64,000 nucleotides of DNA, taken from IMG/VR virus record IMGVR_UViG_3300045391_000362; one strand, written 5' to 3'. This DNA comes from a virus. The position numbers and the translations under genes were made by a program. The notes beneath the pieces are model-generated. The model was given only the letters and a program-made list of their open reading frames with translations, did not search any database and was not told where the DNA came from. Numbering within the stretch: the first letter of the stretch is position 1; every line of letters begins with the position of its first letter. This document shows, piece after piece, positions 37,547-46,188 of the stretch.

Positions 37547-37566
37547 CTCTCCCCGAAAGGGGAGGG
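37547..37566 (+). promoter_or_regulatory. GAAA-tetraloop hairpin, copy 2 of the repeated leader element
   Basis: CTCTCCCC-GAAA-GGGGAGGG, then GGTGGTTATGGCT and AAAGGATAAACAAATG. Confidence 0.5.
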
Positions 37567-37616
37567 GTGGTTATGGCTGATAATTGGGTCAGTCAAAAAG
37601 AACAAAGGATAAACAA

Positions 37617-37832
37617 ATGCGCATTGCCGTTATCACGTGGCCTACGCTTGACAACGACTATGCAACGCATATCATTGCGGGAAACAACAAGACAGATCAG
37701 CAGCTTTCGCAACTCGCGTGCCGTTGGGCTGTCCTGGGATTGTCCGCAAAGGCGTACAAGGCTTGCACGATTGAGCTTTTCACCGTGGAACTCCTGAACA
37801 AGGATTATGACATGGTGAAGGAAGCGGAGTAA
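37617..37832 (+). CDS. hypothetical protein
   Basis: ATG at 37617; more protein-like than the overlapping 37567 frame. Confidence 0.45.
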   Translation: MRIAVITWPTLDNDYATHIIAGNNKTDQQLSQLACRWAVLGLSAKAYKACTIELFTVELLNKDYDMVKEAE

Positions 37833-38053
37833 TGTTCTCCAAAACGCTTACCCGTAGCGGTAACGATGATGACCCTAACCCTGTTGGTGTAGGCTTTTAC
37901 TACATTGACGATATGCGAGAGAGGCACGCGAAAATAGTAGTTGCCCGTTGTCTTACAAAGCATTTCGATACGGGCAAATACGATCGTCGTTGTGTCTTCT
38001 ATGGTAGGGACGGAAAGGCCATTAGTACAGGCTGGTTCCTGCGCACTGATTGA
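37832..38053 (+). CDS. hypothetical protein
   Basis: 73-aa ORF, TAATG coupling. Confidence 0.45.
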   Translation: MFSKTLTRSGNDDDPNPVGVGFYYIDDMRERHAKIVVARCLTKHFDTGKYDRRCVFYGRDGKAISTGWFLRTD

Positions 38054-38066
38054 CAGCTTTAGTCAT

Positions 38067-38084
38067 CTCTGGAATACTCCAGGG
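38067..38084 (+). promoter_or_regulatory. hairpin, copy 3 of the repeated leader element
   Basis: CTCTGG-AATACT-CCAGGG inside CTTTAGTCATCTCT...AGGGGTGGCTATGGCT, near-identical flanks to copy 2. Confidence 0.5.
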
Positions 38085-38137
38085 GTGGCTATGGCTAGCA
38101 ATCCGCTAGTCTCACGTACGAAAGGCAAAACAACACA

Positions 38138-38365
38138 ATGGTTACTTACGAGCGTCAGTCTCCCGCTGATATCCGTACGGGTGACAAGGTTACGGATGCG
38201 CTTGGACGTGAGTTCATCGCGTATTCCGATGCCGAGTTGTCTATGGGTGACTACTGCGTCAATGGTGCTCTGATGAATGGTGACGTGAAGTCGTTCATTC
38301 TCGACACTGACTCGCTTGTGACTATCTCTTATGACGAATCCGATTGGAATATGGATGAGTTCTAG
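38138..38365 (+). CDS. hypothetical protein
   Basis: 75-aa ORF after AAAGGCAAAACAACACA. Confidence 0.45.
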   Translation: MVTYERQSPADIRTGDKVTDALGREFIAYSDAELSMGDYCVNGALMNGDVKSFILDTDSLVTISYDESDWNMDEF

Positions 38366-38455
38366 GATCTTCTGGAAACTGTTTCGACGGTTCCACATTC
38401 CAAAGTACGACGAACACGGTTACTGTGTTCGCTGTGACTAACTGAATAGCATTAC

Positions 38456-38501
38456 AGCCGATAGCCTCATTCTTCGCTAGAATGGGGTTATCGGCTTTTT
38501 T
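38456..38501 (+). terminator. intrinsic terminator
   Basis: 11-bp stem AGCCGATAGCC/GGTTATCGGCT followed by TTTTTT. Confidence 0.7.
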
Positions 38502-38526
38502 GTGTTTCATCGCAATTGGAGAATCA

Positions 38527-38736
38527 ATGGATAACCAATCATCGTCTCATGGGTTATGGGACAGAAAGACATATACAAGTGCGGCTGTCTCTGCCTTATT
38601 GGCTGCTGCCGTAGCTTTCACTGTGTGCGCCGTTCGTGGGGACACCCTAGCTCTAGGGCAGGCAGCAAGTGTAAGCGTCTCAGACAGCCACACAGGAGCG
38701 TCTACGGGCGCACTGTGCCTAGCAGGAGGGAAGTAA
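38527..38736 (+). CDS. hypothetical membrane protein
   Basis: ATG at 38527; one hydrophobic span AAVSALLAAAVAFTVCAV. Confidence 0.4.
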   Translation: MDNQSSSHGLWDRKTYTSAAVSALLAAAVAFTVCAVRGDTLALGQAASVSVSDSHTGASTGALCLAGGK

Positions 38737-38739
38737 GCC

Positions 38740-38907
38740 ATGCCGTATGAAGTACGCAAGGTAAAGGGTGGATACGTCGCAGCGCACAAGGGAACTAGCA
38801 AGACCTTTAGCAAGCATCCACAGAGCAAGGAAACCGCCCGTAAGCAGATTCAGGCTATCGCCATCCATACACACGAGTTCAGCCACGGAGCCTCAAGCGG
38901 TCGCTAG
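38740..38907 (+). CDS. hypothetical small basic protein
   Basis: 55-aa ORF below the cutoff (MPYEVRKVKGGYVAAHKGTSKTFSKHP...). Confidence 0.4.
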   Translation: MPYEVRKVKGGYVAAHKGTSKTFSKHPQSKETARKQIQAIAIHTHEFSHGASSGR

Positions 38908-39055
38908 GCACCCTGTACGCCTCTCTGACAGCCTCACGTACCCCAGTTGGACAGAGAGACCGACCCACCTAAAGGATCTTGTTAGAGAGCCGTACAGAGC
39001 TTCTAGGGTTTGTGTCGGCACAGCGTGCTGTGTACCTGTCAAGTCCCTACACACG

Positions 39056-39105
39056 AAAAACCCCTTACGCCTAATTCCTCAAACTGAGGAGACGTAAGGG
39101 GTTTT
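39056..39105. terminator. bidirectional intrinsic terminator
   Basis: AAAAACCCCTTACG/CGTAAGGGGTTTT stem with an inner hairpin, between convergent blocks. Confidence 0.75.
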
Positions 39106-39111
39106 CGCTAT

Positions 39112-39300
39112 TTACTGGTGAAAGAGAATCTTGTCACCATTGACACACAGGTGATTACTCACCTTAGCGTGTGCCATTGTCTTACAGTCCTTATTGAATT
39201 GTCCATCTCTTGCAGCGGGAGCACCAGCAAGGACAAAGAGAATGATTGATGCGCCAATGCCTATCATCAGCCCATAGAACATACCTAGGGGGAATTCCAC
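39112..39300 (-). CDS. hypothetical small membrane protein
   Basis: GTG start 7 nt after AGGAG; hydrophobic MFYGLMIGIGASIILFVLAG. Confidence 0.4.
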   Translation of the reverse strand: MEFPLGMFYGLMIGIGASIILFVLAGAPAARDGQFNKDCKTMAHAKVSNHLCVNGDKILFHQ

Positions 39301-39310
39301 TCCATTACTC

Positions 39311-39520
39311 CTATCGGGTGAGGATGTCAGCGAGTTTTTCCAGGAATGCGGAAACCTTCGCGTCTTGATAGAAAGGGTCAAAGACTGTGCCTGTGAGTTC
39401 CCCCGCTTCCTTGTGGTGGAACTCAGCAGCCGTATTGAATACCGCTTGCCCCTTTCGTTGTCCCTCACGAACCTTAGAGGCAACGATTGCCCAGAACTCT
39501 GGAGAATACAGATCTTCCAT
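39311..39520 (-). CDS. hypothetical protein
   Basis: 69-aa ORF; preferred over the overlapping 39112-39483 frame. Confidence 0.5.
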   Translation of the reverse strand: MEDLYSPEFWAIVASKVREGQRKGQAVFNTAAEFHHKEAGELTGTVFDPFYQDAKVSAFLEKLADILTR

Positions 39521-39585
39521 TGTTCAGCCCTTTCTAGTTAGGCATAGAGAAAGCCACTCGTTAAAGTGGCTATCCCTAAACTCAA

Positions 39586-40182
39586 CTAGCGACCAACAGC
39601 AAACCGCATGAGGGACATTTCATCCCCCTGTGTGACGCTACCGAAGTATTCCAGAACCTCAAGGGTCCAAACGTCACCAGCCGCACCCTTGTTGCGAACA
39701 GCCTTAGCGATTGCGCAACTGTTGTGATTGCTGAGAAGGGAAGGCCAGATATCGGCCACCTGCTCAGAGCTACCGCCCGTAGCGTCATAAACCTTGAAAG
39801 AGATATTCCGTGCCTTCTGGAAAGAGCTACCACGCTTGAATGCGCTAGCCACAAAGACAATGGAAGTGACCGGAGCGGGAATCTTGTCAAAGTTCAGGGT
39901 AACGGTTTCGTCGTCACCCTCACCGTGTCCGGTCTGATTGTCGCCACTGTGCACCATAGAGCCGTTGCCCAGAGGATCGAGAGAATCCAGACCAGCAAGA
40001 CGCACAGGGTTTTCCCCGCTCATCGCAATTGCGATCAGGTCAAGGTCAGTGCCTGCCTTCTTCTTGATCTTGCCCAGGATGCCACCAGACGCACCAGCGG
40101 TAGTGTCCCAAGAAACGCCAATCTGAAGACTGGTAACGCCCGGAAGGTCAGCCGCGCCCATGTCCTTGGTAAGCGTAATCAT
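39586..40182 (-). CDS. terD: TerD-family stress/tellurite-resistance domain protein
   Basis: Full-length TerD fold signature incl. DLDL...SGDNQTGHGEGDDETVTLNF calcium-binding motif; 198 aa. Confidence 0.85.
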   Translation of the reverse strand: MITLTKDMGAADLPGVTSLQIGVSWDTTAGASGGILGKIKKKAGTDLDLIAIAMSGENPVRLAGLDSLDPLGNGSMVHSGDNQTGHGEGDDETVTLNFDKIPAPVTSIVFVASAFKRGSSFQKARNISFKVYDATGGSSEQVADIWPSLLSNHNSCAIAKAVRNKGAAGDVWTLEVLEYFGSVTQGDEMSLMRFAVGR

Positions 40183-40260
40183 TTCTGTTTTTCTCCATTC
40201 GGTTTAGTGGACCATAGAGAATATCGGGTTTCCCCGATACTCCCTAAAGCACGCTAACCC

Positions 40261-40446
40261 TTAGAACGACTTCCAGATATCCAAGAACTTACTGCCGAAC
40301 ATTCCGGCGAGAACCAGACCAGCAATCAGAATCAATCCGACCACCAGCGCGATACCAAGAAGGAACTTACCGATTGCCACCAGAACGATTCCCACAATCA
40401 CAGCGAGAACCAGACCAGCGATTACAGCAGCAATACCCTTGACCAT
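40261..40446 (-). CDS. hypothetical small membrane protein
   Basis: 61 aa, almost entirely hydrophobic (two TM spans). Confidence 0.5.
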   Translation of the reverse strand: MVKGIAAVIAGLVLAVIVGIVLVAIGKFLLGIALVVGLILIAGLVLAGMFGSKFLDIWKSF

Positions 40447-40511
40447 TTCCTTAGCCTCTCTAGTTGGGAGGGAAGAACTCCGATATTGCTACCGGAGTTC
40501 AACCCATCCGA

Positions 40512-41405
40512 CTAGAACGGAGCAGGCGCACCCTTGTTGATCTTGAACTCTTCTGCCTGCTGCTCAGCCTGTCGCGTCCACCAGTCACGCGCGCTCTGAG
40601 TGATCGCAGCGTGCGCCATGTGCCACGTGTTCGCGTTGACTCCCTCAGGAGTCGGGGGAATCTCGCTAGGCTCATCGAGAGCAAGTCCACTCTTGACAAT
40701 CCGAGACTCATAAACCATGTCTCCCGTTTCGTCATCAATGAACTGATCCAGTCCATCAATCACGGGGAGAGGCTTAGGCGCAAGCTCAGCGAGCTTATCC
40801 GCCAAGTCCTGTACAGCGTCCGCAGTCTTAGGCGCATCCTTTCGGATTTCGGCGATAATGTCACTCACCTTGTCCTCAGAAATTACCTGCTCACCCTTGC
40901 TTGCGTCAAGCTCTCGCCTACCCGCTTCCGGATTGTCAAAGTCAACCGGAATGGTGACAGTCTCGCCATTCTCCGCAATTACCGGAGTAACGGCCGGAAT
41001 CACTTCCGAGGAAACGAAACCCTGTGCGCGCTCATCTGCATAAGCGTTGTACGCCGTACGATCCTTGTAATCCTGCTCCTTTTGAGTGAGCTTGCGCGGT
41101 TCATCCTTGACCACCTGAACCATTCCGTCAAGCGCTTCCCGCGCGATGCTCTCGGCATTCTCGGCCGAGACATCCGGAACGTTGATCCACCACTCAGCGG
41201 AGAGGCCACGTCCTACCGCGTCCACAAGCTCAACATCTGCCAGGGAGTCAAGAGCGGCGAACGCTTCCGCAGGAGTGACCCCCATTTCAGCGGCGAAATC
41301 CTCGGTTGAAACCGGGTCATCCTCCGTCACGTCGAAAGACTGGAGAACCACGAAAGCCTTAACCAGGTCAAGCGCTCCGCTGTTGTTCTTCGGTCGAGAA
41401 GCCAT
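40512..41405 (-). CDS. hypothetical acidic protein
   Basis: 297-aa ORF; the antisense 281-aa ORF is Arg/Ser-rich and rejected. Confidence 0.6.
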   Translation of the reverse strand: MASRPKNNSGALDLVKAFVVLQSFDVTEDDPVSTEDFAAEMGVTPAEAFAALDSLADVELVDAVGRGLSAEWWINVPDVSAENAESIAREALDGMVQVVKDEPRKLTQKEQDYKDRTAYNAYADERAQGFVSSEVIPAVTPVIAENGETVTIPVDFDNPEAGRRELDASKGEQVISEDKVSDIIAEIRKDAPKTADAVQDLADKLAELAPKPLPVIDGLDQFIDDETGDMVYESRIVKSGLALDEPSEIPPTPEGVNANTWHMAHAAITQSARDWWTRQAEQQAEEFKINKGAPAPF

Positions 41406-41454
41406 TTTCTGTGTCCTTCCGTTAAGTTCCCTGGTTAGGAACTTGATAGGGAAG

Positions 41455-41484
41455 ACGTTAGCGAACCAACGTCTACCCTGTCAA
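41455..41484 (-). promoter_or_regulatory. sigma70-like promoter (minus strand)
   Basis: Reverse complement reads GCTTGACA - 18 nt - TAACGT, about 45 nt upstream of the 41405 start. Confidence 0.4.
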
Positions 41485-41503
41485 GCCACTAGCTCAAGAT
41501 CTT

Positions 41504-42046
41504 TTACAGCTCACACGGACCCTGGCAGTACTCGCATTCGTACTCTTCCGTGTCGTAGTCGTACCAAGCGTCTGCGTCATCCTGCCCGAAAACGCCACCG
41601 TACCAGTCTGAGACGCTGTAAGCGTCTTCCTGCTCCCTCAGCTCTTCCAGAGCCTCAGAGAGCCACTGTGCGCGCTCCACGCGCTTGATGTGCCGGTTGT
41701 GCGCCGCTCCCTTGTCTCCCTCATCCATGTAACGGTGAGGCAGCACACGAGAGTTTCCGATCACTCCCGACTTACCGGAGTTCTTACCGCTGTGCCAGCG
41801 ACGCGAACCGGTACGCGGAACGGGAATCCCCTTCACCTTCGCGTGAACGAGCTTGGGACGCTCGTAACGGTAGGTGTCCGGGATTTCCGCAATGAATGCG
41901 TCCCACTTCTTCATGTCCGAAACGTAGGCGTAATAAGCCTTGTACCATTCGGACATGTGGTCAAACGCCATGATGCGGGGGAATTCGGGCTTGATCATGC
42001 TTTCACCCGTGAGCCGGTTGTAAGCGCGTCCCCACACGTACGACAT
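41504..42046 (-). CDS. hypothetical protein
   Basis: 180-aa ORF, Tyr/Trp-rich, C-terminal CEYCQGPC. Confidence 0.55.
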   Translation of the reverse strand: MSYVWGRAYNRLTGESMIKPEFPRIMAFDHMSEWYKAYYAYVSDMKKWDAFIAEIPDTYRYERPKLVHAKVKGIPVPRTGSRRWHSGKNSGKSGVIGNSRVLPHRYMDEGDKGAAHNRHIKRVERAQWLSEALEELREQEDAYSVSDWYGGVFGQDDADAWYDYDTEEYECEYCQGPCEL

Positions 42047-42082
42047 TTTGTGTTCCTTCCTGCTGTCCTGCTGACAAGTCCA

Positions 42083-42112
42083 AATCTAGTGGACACTCCC
42101 GCACCCTGTCAA
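42083..42112 (-). promoter_or_regulatory. sigma70-like promoter (minus strand)
   Basis: Reverse complement reads GCTTGACA - 18 nt - TAGATT, about 30 nt upstream of the 42046 start. Confidence 0.45.
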
Positions 42113-42135
42113 GCGACAGGATGCGACAGAATCAA

Positions 42136-42645
42136 CTAGCGAAACAGGTCATTTTCCATGGTTTGCATTGCATAGTCGAAAATGTCCGGTTCGTACTCGG
42201 TACGGTCCGCGTATGCGTCACAGTTGTACGAGCCACAATTGCACGGCTCATCTTCCAACCATTCGTCATAATCGGTTTCGATATGCGACCAAGCATTACG
42301 CGCCATTTCTGGCGTGTCGTAAATGGTCGAGAACACAAACCCTTGCGAGTCGTATTCCACAATTGCGCAGAGATCTTCGAACAGTTCGTAATATCCGAAT
42401 GTCTCAGCCTCACCAAGCGATTCCGTATTGAAACCGAAATCACCCATGACCGAAAGAATCTCGGTCCGGATATCCTCTCCGTACTTGTGCGAGTGATAAC
42501 CGACAGTTGTAGCGGGGAAATGCTTGTGCAATTCCACTTCCGCACTTACCGCCGTGTCATCCTTTGTTGCCCACCAAATCCCCTTTCGATTCTCGATGAG
42601 GCTTTCACAAACTCCACAGAGCGAGAATCCACCAATTACATTCAC
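42136..42645 (-). CDS. hypothetical acidic protein
   Basis: 169-aa ORF; two overlapping alternative frames look non-protein-like. Confidence 0.55.
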   Translation of the reverse strand: MNVIGGFSLCGVCESLIENRKGIWWATKDDTAVSAEVELHKHFPATTVGYHSHKYGEDIRTEILSVMGDFGFNTESLGEAETFGYYELFEDLCAIVEYDSQGFVFSTIYDTPEMARNAWSHIETDYDEWLEDEPCNCGSYNCDAYADRTEYEPDIFDYAMQTMENDLFR

Positions 42646-42711
42646 TTGGATTGCCTTTCGACTAGGGAACCATAACCGATATCCCGTTTCCGGGATACCG
42701 ATTAAAGCACA

Positions 42712-42918
42712 CTAGATCAAACCGGCACGCTGCGCAGTCTTGCGCATGATCACGCGAAACTCACCCTTTACGTGAGTCTTGGCGAAACTGTTTGCAGCGC
42801 GCTTTGTGAGCGGGAGATTTGCGCCGAACACCACACGCTCACTCTTCCCGTTGTTGGAAACAACAACGTAGTTGGAAGGCTTAACGAGCATGAAAGGGGG
42901 ATTCATGAGCATCTGCAT
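42712..42918 (-). CDS. hypothetical protein
   Basis: 68-aa ORF. Confidence 0.45.
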   Translation of the reverse strand: MQMLMNPPFMLVKPSNYVVVSNNGKSERVVFGANLPLTKRAANSFAKTHVKGEFRVIMRKTAQRAGLI

Positions 42919-42933
42919 TTTGTTTTCTCTTTT

Positions 42934-43149
42934 CTAGTAAATGCGAGCGGTAAAGCTGAGGATCGGGACCTTAGCAAGGTCAATTACCATGATGTTGTCG
43001 TTTCGATCCTGCGATATATAAACTCCACCAGCCTTTTTCAGATCGATGATTTCCGAAACCTGCTCCCTTGACAGGTTGGAAATTCCGCTAGATTGTCCGT
43101 GATCTGTCGTGAATGACAGGTTATAGCGAGTCTCGGTCTGCTCTTCCAT
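42934..43149 (-). CDS. hypothetical protein
   Basis: 71-aa ORF. Confidence 0.45.
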   Translation of the reverse strand: MEEQTETRYNLSFTTDHGQSSGISNLSREQVSEIIDLKKAGGVYISQDRNDNIMVIDLAKVPILSFTARIY

Positions 43150-43164
43150 GATGCTACCTCCCTA

Positions 43165-43198
43165 ACGGGGAGCCTGTAAGGCTCTACAGGCTCCCCGT
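43165..43198 (-). terminator. stem-loop between minus-strand genes
   Basis: 14-bp stem ACGGGGAGCCTGTA/TACAGGCTCCCCGT. Confidence 0.5.
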
Positions 43199-43208
43199 AG
43201 CGTCTCAG

Positions 43209-43475
43209 TTAGACAGTGGCCAGGATGGACGCACGCACGTCCCTACGGACGATAGCGGCTCCACGCATGAGGCTTTCGAACCGCTGAAGGTCAAGCGGAG
43301 TCATGCGGGAGATACCAACAGGGTTCACGTCGGGACGCGCGTTCGCGTCGTAGTCCTGCGCGTAGTCCTCACCGTACGTCGCTACCATGCGAGCGTGCAT
43401 GATCTGAACAGCCTTGCGGTACGCCTGAACCTTGGGGTGGTTGGCAATCGCAATGCGAATCTGAAGCTCAGTCAT
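43209..43475 (-). CDS. hypothetical protein
   Basis: 88-aa ORF. Confidence 0.5.
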   Translation of the reverse strand: MTELQIRIAIANHPKVQAYRKAVQIMHARMVATYGEDYAQDYDANARPDVNPVGISRMTPLDLQRFESLMRGAAIVRRDVRASILATV

Positions 43476-43574
43476 GATCTTGCCTTTCGTCTGTGTTGCT
43501 GCTGTCTGGCTTGCTAGGACTAGCCTGCCATCCCCACCCCCACCGTGTCAAGCGGTAGAGATGAGAAAAACTGT

Positions 43575-43928
43575 CTACTCCTTAAACAGTGTCAGCGCGT
43601 GTCGCTCACCGTGAAGATACGTACCGCAACCGTCACACTGTGTGTAACTGTACGACACATCCTCACAATCACACCAGTAATCCCCCGGAACATCCGGCCA
43701 AACCATATCCGGATAATTCGCACGAAGATTGTTGACGATATACGTAAGGCATTCGTCGTTGTGGTCACCCCATGTCATACCCATTGCCACGGTAAAACCG
43801 TTCTCAATTGCGTTCAACGGTTCCTCATCGTGCCCATGGTCTGAGTGACAGTCTCCACACTCACCATTTGCGTGATGGTGCAGACAATTGCCGCACACCC
43901 AAATGGTTCCGTAATTCTCCAGTGCCAT
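43575..43928 (-). CDS. Cys/His-rich hypothetical protein
   Basis: CGNCLHHHANGECGDCHSDHGHD and CDCED...CDGCG metal-binding-like clusters. Confidence 0.5.
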   Translation of the reverse strand: MALENYGTIWVCGNCLHHHANGECGDCHSDHGHDEEPLNAIENGFTVAMGMTWGDHNDECLTYIVNNLRANYPDMVWPDVPGDYWCDCEDVSYSYTQCDGCGTYLHGERHALTLFKE

Positions 43929-44222
43929 TTAGAACCCTTCACCGTTGAGGCTGTCAAACAGCCTGTTAAGCGCGTACGCTTCCTCTGTGCTGTCCTGGTA
44001 CGACTCTACTACGGCGTACCCGCTGTGTCCATACTCCGGAGACTTACGGGACAACCTACGGTCAACGTCTGCCAGAGCCTTACGCACACGCGCTAGCGGC
44101 TCATCTCCGGTCGTGAGCTTTCCGGCCACGTGACACATGAGAAGATCTTTCAGAAATCCCGCTTCCTCAGCGTCCAGAAAGAGAATCTGATTTCCGTTGC
44201 CAATCGGGAGAATGCTAGCCAT
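43929..44222 (-). CDS. hypothetical protein
   Basis: 97-aa ORF directly abutting the next gene. Confidence 0.5.
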   Translation of the reverse strand: MASILPIGNGNQILFLDAEEAGFLKDLLMCHVAGKLTTGDEPLARVRKALADVDRRLSRKSPEYGHSGYAVVESYQDSTEEAYALNRLFDSLNGEGF

Positions 44223-44291
44223 GAGTTCGCGTCCTTTCGTCTAGGCGAACAACACCCATCTAAGCACATGTCTTAGAAGGATGCAAGACGT

Positions 44292-44393
44292 CTAGAAATC
44301 TCTGTCTCTGGTCACCCATGCAGCCCAGAGAACGAACACAGCAGCAAAACCGAATGATCCGAAAGTCGCAATCAGTGCTTGCCACCAATTCAT
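44292..44393 (-). CDS. mini membrane protein
   Basis: 33 aa (MNWWQALIATFGSFGFAAVFVLWAAW...), TAATG coupling. Confidence 0.35.
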   Translation of the reverse strand: MNWWQALIATFGSFGFAAVFVLWAAWVTRDRDF

Positions 44394-44581
44394 TAGAACA
44401 TCCCATCTTGGAAGAGAACCAACATAACCATTCCCACCAAGAGCATCAACGGCCAACCCAAAAGCAGGCCAAAGAATGCAAGGAGTGACTTACCCTGAGA
44501 ATGCTTGGCATTCCGCATTCCGAAATATCCGGAAGTACCGAACACAGCACCAATGACGAGATATCCGGTAAGGAATCCCAT
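44393..44581 (-). CDS. mini membrane protein
   Basis: 62 aa from the ATG at 44581 after GAAAGG; two hydrophobic spans. Confidence 0.4.
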   Translation of the reverse strand: MGFLTGYLVIGAVFGTSGYFGMRNAKHSQGKSLLAFFGLLLGWPLMLLVGMVMLVLFQDGMF

Positions 44582-44649
44582 TTGTTCACAACCTTTCTGA
44601 TTAGGTGAACAACACCACTCCCGAATTACTCGGGAATGATGCAATTCGT

Positions 44650-44844
44650 CTAGTCCCCAACAATTCCCCACCAAATGAGGAAGAGAACCAAACCAGCGAC
44701 AGCACCAGGCCAAATGACAGCCACGAATACCGCGTCACCGATCAGACGCAGCGGAGTTTCATCCTCCTGTGTTCCGCTGATTATGCATCCGAAAAACAAT
44801 GCGATTGCGCCGATAGCGTAAATCGTCATGAGCAGGGTAAACAT
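44650..44844 (-). CDS. mini membrane protein
   Basis: 64 aa, two hydrophobic spans. Confidence 0.45.
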   Translation of the reverse strand: MFTLLMTIYAIGAIALFFGCIISGTQEDETPLRLIGDAVFVAVIWPGAVAGLVLFLIWWGIVGD

Positions 44845-44911
44845 TTCTTACCTTCCTGTTTAGTCGGACAGTGCCTCACAGGGATTTGCAGCCCTGTAAG
44901 ACACAATCAGA

Positions 44912-45043
44912 CTAAACAAACAGCGCGTTGAACTCCTCAGCCTTGAACCATTCGAACGTGTCGTCACTCCACAACACGCAACGCTCACCGTTGGAGCGCA
45001 TACCGCAGGTGATACCGGCACGGTCGTTCAGCTTGACAGCCAT
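44912..45043 (-). CDS. hypothetical small protein
   Basis: 43 aa from the ATG at 45043 after GGAGG. Confidence 0.35.
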   Translation of the reverse strand: MAVKLNDRAGITCGMRSNGERCVLWSDDTFEWFKAEEFNALFV

Positions 45044-45121
45044 TGGATTACCTCCGAGTGAGCCACCCTGTCTAGGTGGACAGCACCATCTAAGCACAGT
45101 GGCTTAGGTGATGCAACCCCT

Positions 45122-45352
45122 CTAGCTAGGCTTACCAGGGAACGGGGGAGGGGTTGAACGCTGCATAAAGTCTTGCGCTCCCCGTAGTTCCACAAACGCT
45201 CGGCCATGGCTACCAACCATGACCAATTCAGACACACCCTTTGTGAACGTTGTACGTGTTCCCGTGTGCGTGTCGAAAACCACAAATTCCGTGTCTTTGA
45301 TGCCATCAGGCAAACGCTTGAGCATTTCCTCAAGATCACGAAGAGTTGCCAT
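45122..45352 (-). CDS. hypothetical protein
   Basis: 76-aa ORF. Confidence 0.45.
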   Translation of the reverse strand: MATLRDLEEMLKRLPDGIKDTEFVVFDTHTGTRTTFTKGVSELVMVGSHGRAFVELRGAQDFMQRSTPPPFPGKPS

Positions 45353-45431
45353 TATTTCCTCTCAATTGGTGGAGTAATCCGCACGGACTATAGGGACACA
45401 ATCCCTACGTATTTCCGCGCGGAAAGCACCA

Positions 45432-45662
45432 TCAATTGCAGCGATAAGCAGCCTGCATGAACCGCTCACGGTTGAAACTCGGATTGTCATCCGCGAACCA
45501 ATCCGCAAACTCATCTGCAAGGGAAGTGAGCTGCGCGTATTCCCCCGCCATTTCGGGGAGAATCAGACCAGGAATGTTGACGCCATCCACACTCACCAGA
45601 CACGTACGAATACGCGCATTGAGAATGTCGGCAGTCTTCTGAAAGTGCTTGCGAGTCATCAT
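45432..45662 (-). CDS. hypothetical protein
   Basis: 76-aa ORF. Confidence 0.45.
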   Translation of the reverse strand: MMTRKHFQKTADILNARIRTCLVSVDGVNIPGLILPEMAGEYAQLTSLADEFADWFADDNPSFNRERFMQAAYRCN

Positions 45663-45672
45663 GTGCTTTTCC

Positions 45673-45813
45673 TCAGTTTCCGATGTTGAGACGAATGGTG
45701 TAGGTCTCTCCGGTCATTACCCAAAAGAGGCCACCGTAAACCAGCATGAAAACTGCACACAGTGCGAGGAATCCCCACACAAGAGGCAGAATCAGCAGTC
45801 TGACAATCGGCAT
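45673..45813 (-). CDS. mini membrane protein
   Basis: 46 aa (MPIVRLLILPLVWGFLALCAVFMLVYGGLFWV...), TAATG coupling. Confidence 0.35.
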   Translation of the reverse strand: MPIVRLLILPLVWGFLALCAVFMLVYGGLFWVMTGETYTIRLNIGN

Positions 45814-46130
45814 TAGTTTTTACCCTTCTGCTTTGACTTGATGTACATATCCAGGGCTTTAAGCTCTTGCTGTTCCCTCTCGTCGGACATATCAAACTCA
45901 TGTTGCCCGGCGAAATGCGAGATTTCCATATCGCTCGTTACTGCTCCCATTGTGCTAAGAACAGTTGAAAGCGGGGAACCTGGGGAATGCCACCATGACG
46001 CGATTGTCTGTGCACAAGCATCCGAAATTGTGTGTCCGTAGGTTCGGAATTCCCAAACCTCGTAATCCACTTCACCGTGTGACAGGTGATATTCCGGATT
46101 CCTATACACGATATTCAAATCGGAATCCAT
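45813..46130 (-). CDS. hypothetical protein
   Basis: 105-aa ORF. Confidence 0.5.
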   Translation of the reverse strand: MDSDLNIVYRNPEYHLSHGEVDYEVWEFRTYGHTISDACAQTIASWWHSPGSPLSTVLSTMGAVTSDMEISHFAGQHEFDMSDEREQQELKALDMYIKSKQKGKN

Positions 46131-46188
46131 ATGGACTTTCCTTTCTCTAGACAGTCCTAGAACCGCTGGATTCTAGTAGTTGTGTTAC

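Noticed and set aside
37567-37797. 76-aa ORF starting at the GTGGTTATGGCT element, and the analogous 37941-38273 frame
   Set aside because: These frames give Arg/Ser-rich products and overlap better-looking genes (37617-37832, 38138-38365). The shared ATGGCT is more likely part of the repeated leader element. A very short uORF cannot be excluded.
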